IMG/VR virus record: IMGVR_UViG_3300031996_000006
Span: 1 to 59,849 of that record
Source of the DNA: a virus
Taxonomy: Duplodnaviria > Caudoviricetes
Length of the DNA: 59,849 bases
Strand: one strand, 5' to 3'
The notes beneath the pieces are model-generated. The model was not told the DNA's origin and ran no database searches. It saw only the letters and a program-made list of their open reading frames with translations. Position 1 is the stretch's first letter. The number at the start of each line of letters is the position of its first letter. This document shows positions 55,385-59,849 of the stretch, one piece after another. Made by a program: the position numbers and the translations under genes.

Positions 55385-55527
55385 TACTTCTTTCCTTTCT
55401 TATTTGTTCCGAGCCTCTTTGCGAACTTCTCTTTCAATTCTTCTTTCTGATTCCAAAGGTTTATTCCCTTTGCATTCCGACGTTTGTTTGCTTTCTGTTG
55501 CTTCAGTTTTGACAGGTTGTTTTTCAT
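55384..55527 (-). CDS. 47-aa Lys-rich peptide
   Basis: Translated by hand; AAAGGAAAGG RBS. Confidence 0.6.
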   Translation of the reverse strand: MKNNLSKLKQQKANKRRNAKGINLWNQKEELKEKFAKRLGTNKKGKK

Positions 55528-55567
55528 GATTGCACCTTTCCTTTCCAAGAATGGGAGTTAAAGCGCT

Positions 55568-55774
55568 TTAACTCGCTATTCCGGAATTGATTTCCAAGAA
55601 TTGCGATTGGCAGGATGAATGCCATTTCTGGACAATCACTTGATTGGTTTCCCTGTTCAGCCACACTTCACGTGAGTACCGGCGGCCGGATGCAATTTGG
55701 AAACTACACCCGGCGCACCAGTGCTGCATTCGTGCGATGTGACTCGACATTTCCCCGAGTCGTATCATGGTCAC
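55568..55774 (-). CDS. Small Zn-finger-like protein
   Basis: AR..H.CAGC...I..G..Y...HSSC. Confidence 0.7.
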   Translation of the reverse strand: MTMIRLGEMSSHIARMQHWCAGCSFQIASGRRYSREVWLNRETNQVIVQKWHSSCQSQFLEINSGIAS

Positions 55775-56841
55775 TGAAGAACAGTCGGTGGGATCTTCAG
55801 GTTAAAGTGCCGGTAAGCTTTCTTCGTGGCCACTCGTCCACGTGTGGAACGGATCATCAATTCCTCACGGATGAGGAACGGCTCAATCATGTCCCGTACC
55901 GTTCTGCGGTCGATTCCGGCGGATGCCGCGAGATTGTCGATCCCGACCGGCCCACCCATGTGAGTCACACAAAGCGCCATCATCACCTTGCGGTCGTCAG
56001 GGTTCAAACCCATATCGTCGATTTCGTACAGTTCCAGACCGTCGCAGACATCCTCGAACTGGCAGATAGCATTTGGGTCCCCATGAATGGCGACCGCGTA
56101 CTCACAGACTTTATCCATAAGCGCGAGCACGATTCGAGGTGTGCCACGTGAGCGGAATGCCAATTCAGCAGCGGCATCCGGAGCTAGCTTATAGCCTCTC
56201 TTCTCTGCTGCCTTCTCCACAATCACCGTGAGGTCATCCGTGTCGTAGTAGTCCAACGACATCGTGTTGCGAAATCGAGCGAGCAGAGGACCAGTCAGAT
56301 TACCCGCGAGTGTCGTGGCACCGACAACGGTGAACGGTTCCATGTTCACGGTTGCGGACTGCATATTGCGACCCGTGCCAGTGTGGAACTCGAAATGCAA
56401 GTCTTCCATTGCCACGCCTAGCAACTCTTGCGTGGGTCGGGACAGTTCATGGATTTCGTCAATGAACAGGACGTCATCTTTCTCCAGCTTGCATAGCTGC
56501 GCTGCCATTTTCGCGGGTGAGTTCACCGCAGTAGCGAGCGTGATGTGGAGACGTGTCCCCGTGTGCGCAGCGACCATGCGTCCCATTGTGGTCTTCCCGA
56601 GTCCAGGAGGACCGTAGAACAGGAAGTGACCGGGTGCCTCTGCGCGTGCCTCAGCGGCCCGTAGGGAGGTCATGAGTTGGACCCGTGCCCGGTCCTGCCC
56701 GATCATGCCAGCGACGTCCTGAGGGCGAACTAGGCATGAGTTCGCGGGTGCGGTCTCATCCTCGGTTGGCGGTGTCGGTTCACGGAGTGGTTTTGCGTTC
56801 ACGCCTACCTTATTGGCAAGCGCGCCAAAGTCGAGAGCCAT
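55771..56841 (-). CDS. ruvB: Holliday junction branch migration ATPase RuvB homologue
   Basis: RP......IGQ, YGPPGLGKTT, DVLFIDEIH, AMED, FT.VGATT.AG.L..PL..RF, RSRGTPR, GGPVGI, IEPFL...RGR. Confidence 0.95.
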   Translation of the reverse strand: MALDFGALANKVGVNAKPLREPTPPTEDETAPANSCLVRPQDVAGMIGQDRARVQLMTSLRAAEARAEAPGHFLFYGPPGLGKTTMGRMVAAHTGTRLHITLATAVNSPAKMAAQLCKLEKDDVLFIDEIHELSRPTQELLGVAMEDLHFEFHTGTGRNMQSATVNMEPFTVVGATTLAGNLTGPLLARFRNTMSLDYYDTDDLTVIVEKAAEKRGYKLAPDAAAELAFRSRGTPRIVLALMDKVCEYAVAIHGDPNAICQFEDVCDGLELYEIDDMGLNPDDRKVMMALCVTHMGGPVGIDNLAASAGIDRRTVRDMIEPFLIREELMIRSTRGRVATKKAYRHFNLKIPPTVLQ

Positions 56842-56892
56842 TCTGCACATCCTTTGGGAGAGGATCGTGTGAGGTTTTACATTTCCATTATA

Positions 56893-57213
56893 TCATGCTG
56901 TCAAGTACGAAACCGCTGTACGGATTCGACTCTGGTGCTTTGACGTCGTAACAGAATAACGAACGTCCGGGACCGTCCACACACAATTCACGTCACACCA
57001 GGCAATAGGAGTGGCGTATGAGAAAACTACATAAGTCTTCTCTGTCTGATTAAACTTCCTCGCCCAGTAATCGGGAAGCTCTCCTGTTCCGCCAGCGGCT
57101 GGCCACTCGGTTCCATAAAGCGAACCGCCCGTGCGGAATGCCTTCCGCTCTGCGAGGAATTCAGCAAATGTGACGAATGAGTCTCGGGTGGTGAGTCGGG
57201 TGACACCAGACAT
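56893..57213 (-). CDS. Conserved-type phage hypothetical protein
   Basis: YVVFSYATPIAW...YSVTTSKHQ motif; AAAGGA RBS. Confidence 0.8.
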   Translation of the reverse strand: MSGVTRLTTRDSFVTFAEFLAERKAFRTGGSLYGTEWPAAGGTGELPDYWARKFNQTEKTYVVFSYATPIAWCDVNCVWTVPDVRYSVTTSKHQSRIRTAVSYLTA

Positions 57214-57306
57214 GACAGTTCCTTTCGTTGCGGGTGAGGATTAGTAACTAGTGACAATCAATAAGCGTTAAGTGTGCGTGTTAGGTATGCGCACCCCACC
57301 GGAGGA

Positions 57307-58329
57307 TCAGACGGTTTCCAGAGCCTGAGTCAGGTAATTCAGGATGGAAGCGTCAGCCTTATCCCGCTGGCCACTCACAGCCGCGTACATGTTCCTCTCC
57401 ACTCGGTTGGTATCCCCACGCGTAGACTTCAGGTGGTGATCCCATGTGTTGAATGCCTGAAGGACTCCGAACGCGGTACCGGACCACGGGGCGACCCGCT
57501 CGTCATTCCGGTACAGAGCCTCGATTTCATTCATTTTCTTCTCTGCGACCGTAACGCCAGTCTTAGACTCAGTGTCGAAAGGAATAGCCAGGCGCAGAAC
57601 CTCCTTGAACTGAATCTCGGTAACCTCCTGGTGGCATAGGTCCCGAATGGTGTCCGAAACCGTCTCAGCATCCCGAGCGAGCAATCCGAGGATTTCCCGA
57701 GCGCGATCCTGCTCGGCCTTCGTGTTGCTGAACTTCGTGTGGCGACGCTTGTACGTCTGACCAGACTCGGCCAGTGCCATCGCGTACGTGTTGTCACAAA
57801 CCGTCATGGTCTGCGTGCGCTTGTACGTCGTGGCAATGCTGCTGTCGAGGCTAGTAGTGGCGAGCAAGTTCGGACGGAACGTGACACCTTCAGGAGTGGT
57901 GACGTTCTCGGGAACGGAGATCTCTACCCATGCCACTGCACGATTGCGGAGCAGACCGGCAGAGCTGATGGAAAGGGTGTCCTGAAGAATGTTCGAGACA
58001 TTCCCAATCAGCCACTCGGAAAAGCCGTGAGGCTCATACCCGTCCGAGACGATACCGAACGTGTGGTGAATGTTGTCGGAAGCGTAAACGCGCTGCTTTC
58101 CGGGGATTTCGGTCCACTCACCAGGGAACGATTCGTAGTAGATAGGTGCCTTGGCAGGCTCCCAATCGAAAAGCTTCTCCTGGACAGTGCCGACAGGAAT
58201 GGCGCCTTCGAAATGGTTCGGGGAGCCGTCCTTACGGTCGACACCTCGGTACCACCATGCAATACCGCGCTTCTCGGTGAATCCAACGAGAATGTTGTTC
58301 TCAAGCCATTCCTGAGTCTCACGAGACAT
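57307..58329 (-). CDS. DUF932-family phage/plasmid protein
   Basis: MS.ET..WL....L.G, G.VS..Y, SAG.L, VCDNT, RHT, W.GTAFG..QA.NT motifs. Confidence 0.85.
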   Translation of the reverse strand: MSRETQEWLENNILVGFTEKRGIAWWYRGVDRKDGSPNHFEGAIPVGTVQEKLFDWEPAKAPIYYESFPGEWTEIPGKQRVYASDNIHHTFGIVSDGYEPHGFSEWLIGNVSNILQDTLSISSAGLLRNRAVAWVEISVPENVTTPEGVTFRPNLLATTSLDSSIATTYKRTQTMTVCDNTYAMALAESGQTYKRRHTKFSNTKAEQDRAREILGLLARDAETVSDTIRDLCHQEVTEIQFKEVLRLAIPFDTESKTGVTVAEKKMNEIEALYRNDERVAPWSGTAFGVLQAFNTWDHHLKSTRGDTNRVERNMYAAVSGQRDKADASILNYLTQALETV

Positions 58330-58429
58330 TGTGTGTGCCCTTCTCGGGTTAGGATGGTAGGCAGCGGAATTGCGCTTCCTGGAATGCATTCCCTCACGGG
58401 AGTAGGGAATGCAAACCGGGGAGCACGAT

Positions 58430-58660
58430 TCACATGCGACGGATCTTCTCCAGGAGCGCTTCCGCGGTTTCCAAACGCTCTTTCCAGAAAAGCGGAGTGG
58501 TGTGGCCATCATCATCGGTGAAATTTGCGACGTTATCCGCGTAGTAATCACGCTTCTTTGCCACTGCAAGGTTAAGCATGATTACCTCCTCGGCGGACAG
58601 ATTGAGCGTGTAATCAAGAGTGGGGATGGGAGTGGTGTCAGGCATGGTGTCCAGTTCCAA
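58430..58660 (-). CDS. Hypothetical protein
   Basis: ORF in leftward early region. Confidence 0.65.
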   Translation of the reverse strand: MELDTMPDTTPIPTLDYTLNLSAEEVIMLNLAVAKKRDYYADNVANFTDDDGHTTPLFWKERLETAEALLEKIRRM

Positions 58661-58731
58661 TCAGAGTAGTGAGGATGAGGATTCCGACCAGGGTGAGAGA
58701 GAAGACAACTCTATAGTACCACACCACGATG

Positions 58732-59028
58732 CTATCCACAGATTCGGTTTCCCATCGTGACACAGTTGAAGAACGGAGAGTCTTCCTCAATGGTCCAACC
58801 GTATCCACTGAACAGAGAGGCGATATGCGCCCACATGTTATGGACGTAGTACGCAACTTCGGTGATGAGGTAGGCAACGAAATCCTGAGCACCGGGAACC
58901 ACCAGGAGGATGATGCCCGCGATAGCGGCCCCAGACAGGGCACTCACAACGTTGATGGTGAAGTCGTCAGGTTCATCGGCGGTGGTGGCGGTGGTGGCGG
59001 TGGTGGTGGCGGGGAGATCGCGGTCCAT
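58732..59028 (-). CDS. Membrane protein with Thr-rich N-terminus
   Basis: TTTATTATT tract plus TM; likely start MDRDL. Confidence 0.6.
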   Translation of the reverse strand: MDRDLPATTTATTATTADEPDDFTINVVSALSGAAIAGIILLVVPGAQDFVAYLITEVAYYVHNMWAHIASLFSGYGWTIEEDSPFFNCVTMGNRICG

Positions 59029-59029
59029 G

Positions 59030-59257
59030 TCAGCGGCCCGCCTTCTCAGCGCGCATGATCTCAGCGGCGACCAGACGGAACGTGTCCCACGCGATGAACC
59101 CGTTGCGGTAGAGCCAACCAGCCTGCGCACGCGGGTCGGTGATCGAGCAGGGCAGGAAGGCGTCGGCGGTGTCGTTGTAGAACGGGTTCGCCGAGACGAA
59201 GGGGGTGTGGTCCGCGCGCGTGGAGTAGGTGGGGGCGGGGGCTTCGTTGATTGCCAT
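59030..59257 (-). CDS. Hypothetical protein
   Basis: TTCCCA-N17-TAGGAT-N6-ATG leaderless start. Confidence 0.7.
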   Translation of the reverse strand: MAINEAPAPTYSTRADHTPFVSANPFYNDTADAFLPCSITDPRAQAGWLYRNGFIAWDTFRLVAAEIMRAEKAGR

Positions 59258-59468
59258 GGGCTAATCCTATGGCAGGAAACCCATGGTGGGAATACCTTAA
59301 GTGAACTATGTCCGAATCTATTTGAAGATCTTTTGGGTTCACACTACTGGAGTAACCTTAGCTATTTGAGGAAGAAAAACCTTGACTCGCACGATGGTGT
59401 GTGCTGGTGAAGAACAAGAGCACGCCCGGCTGGCGATTGGGGGTTGACAGCAGGGTAAGGGTCGTTAC

Positions 59469-59620
59469 TATAGGGGGTTCTATATAGGGCCTTTATATAG
59501 GGGGTTCTATATAGGGGTAATGTATATGGGGTAGAAAAACCCCCTATGTATAGGGGCTATATGCGCTATATAGAGTTATTACCGATTGCTATATAGGGGT
59601 TTATATACAGGGCTATATGC
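59469..59620. repeat. TATAGGG repeat cluster including a 21-bp direct repeat
   Basis: TATAGGG at about 59469, 59483, 59496, 59510, 59549, 59592. Confidence 0.9.
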
Positions 59621-59849
59621 AGTGGGTGCCGCGTTTTCATGATCATGTCAAGGATTATTCTGCACTTCACTCATATGGACTAACTTAGTTGACACCCACA
59701 TTCATACATGGTACACAATGAATAGGTACTACATTCATGAGCGGCGCAATTGAATGCGCTTGACATCCAGCATTGTGTATGGTAGCAATGGCAATAGCAC
59801 TATGCCCATTGACAATCCATTGTGCCTATGCAATTGAAATGAAGGGACT

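Noticed and set aside
55250-55450. Plus-strand 66-aa ORF with TAGATT-N6-ATG
   Set aside because: Begins inside a terminator hairpin and is antisense to two better-supported small genes; an antisense RNA cannot be excluded.
58981-59010. GGT/GGC microsatellite as a contingency locus
   Set aside because: In-frame triplets encoding a Thr/Ala linker on the minus strand.
59461-59520. T7-like promoter (CTATAGGG)
   Set aside because: The upstream specificity region is absent and no single-subunit RNA polymerase is encoded.
1-59849. Integrated prophage or phage-plasmid lifestyle
   Set aside because: No integrase, CI-like repressor, ParA/ParB or host flanking genes recognised; lifestyle is undetermined.

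Overview
A near-complete ~60 kb tailed (siphovirus-like) phage genome. The host is probably an actinomycete, judged from the many leaderless TANNNT-N6-ATG promoters, a CRP-type site, an Rpf gene and a TraB/FtsK-like gene. Rightward arm (0.2-40.9 kb): packaging, head, tail, membrane/holin genes, replication and recombination (PD-(D/E)XK nuclease, AAA ATPase, SSB, DUF3987-like ATPase, UDG-PolA fusion, RuvC-like), a GH25 endolysin, an inverted fibre cassette, and secreted NlpC/P60 and Rpf-LysM proteins. Leftward block (41-45.4 kb): tRNA-Pro, HNH, tRNA-Asp, unexplained structured non-coding DNA and an SNF2-type helicase. Right 14 kb: FtsK-GIY-YIG, RuvB, DUF932-like, many small genes and AT-rich repeat islands. 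No integrase, repressor, Par genes or primase domain were recognised. The main oddities are: (i) a 233-bp promoter-bearing inverted repeat bracketing 45.6 kb; (ii) a promoter-driven cluster of structured candidate ncRNAs, including an H-type pseudoknot, among the tRNAs; (iii) three parallel 'small subunit + repeat-bearing partner' tail modules with about 2, 5 and 30 repeats; (iv) a TraB-like translocase fused to GIY-YIG, together with a GACCCTCC repeat array. All calls come from reading motifs by eye; no searches were run.
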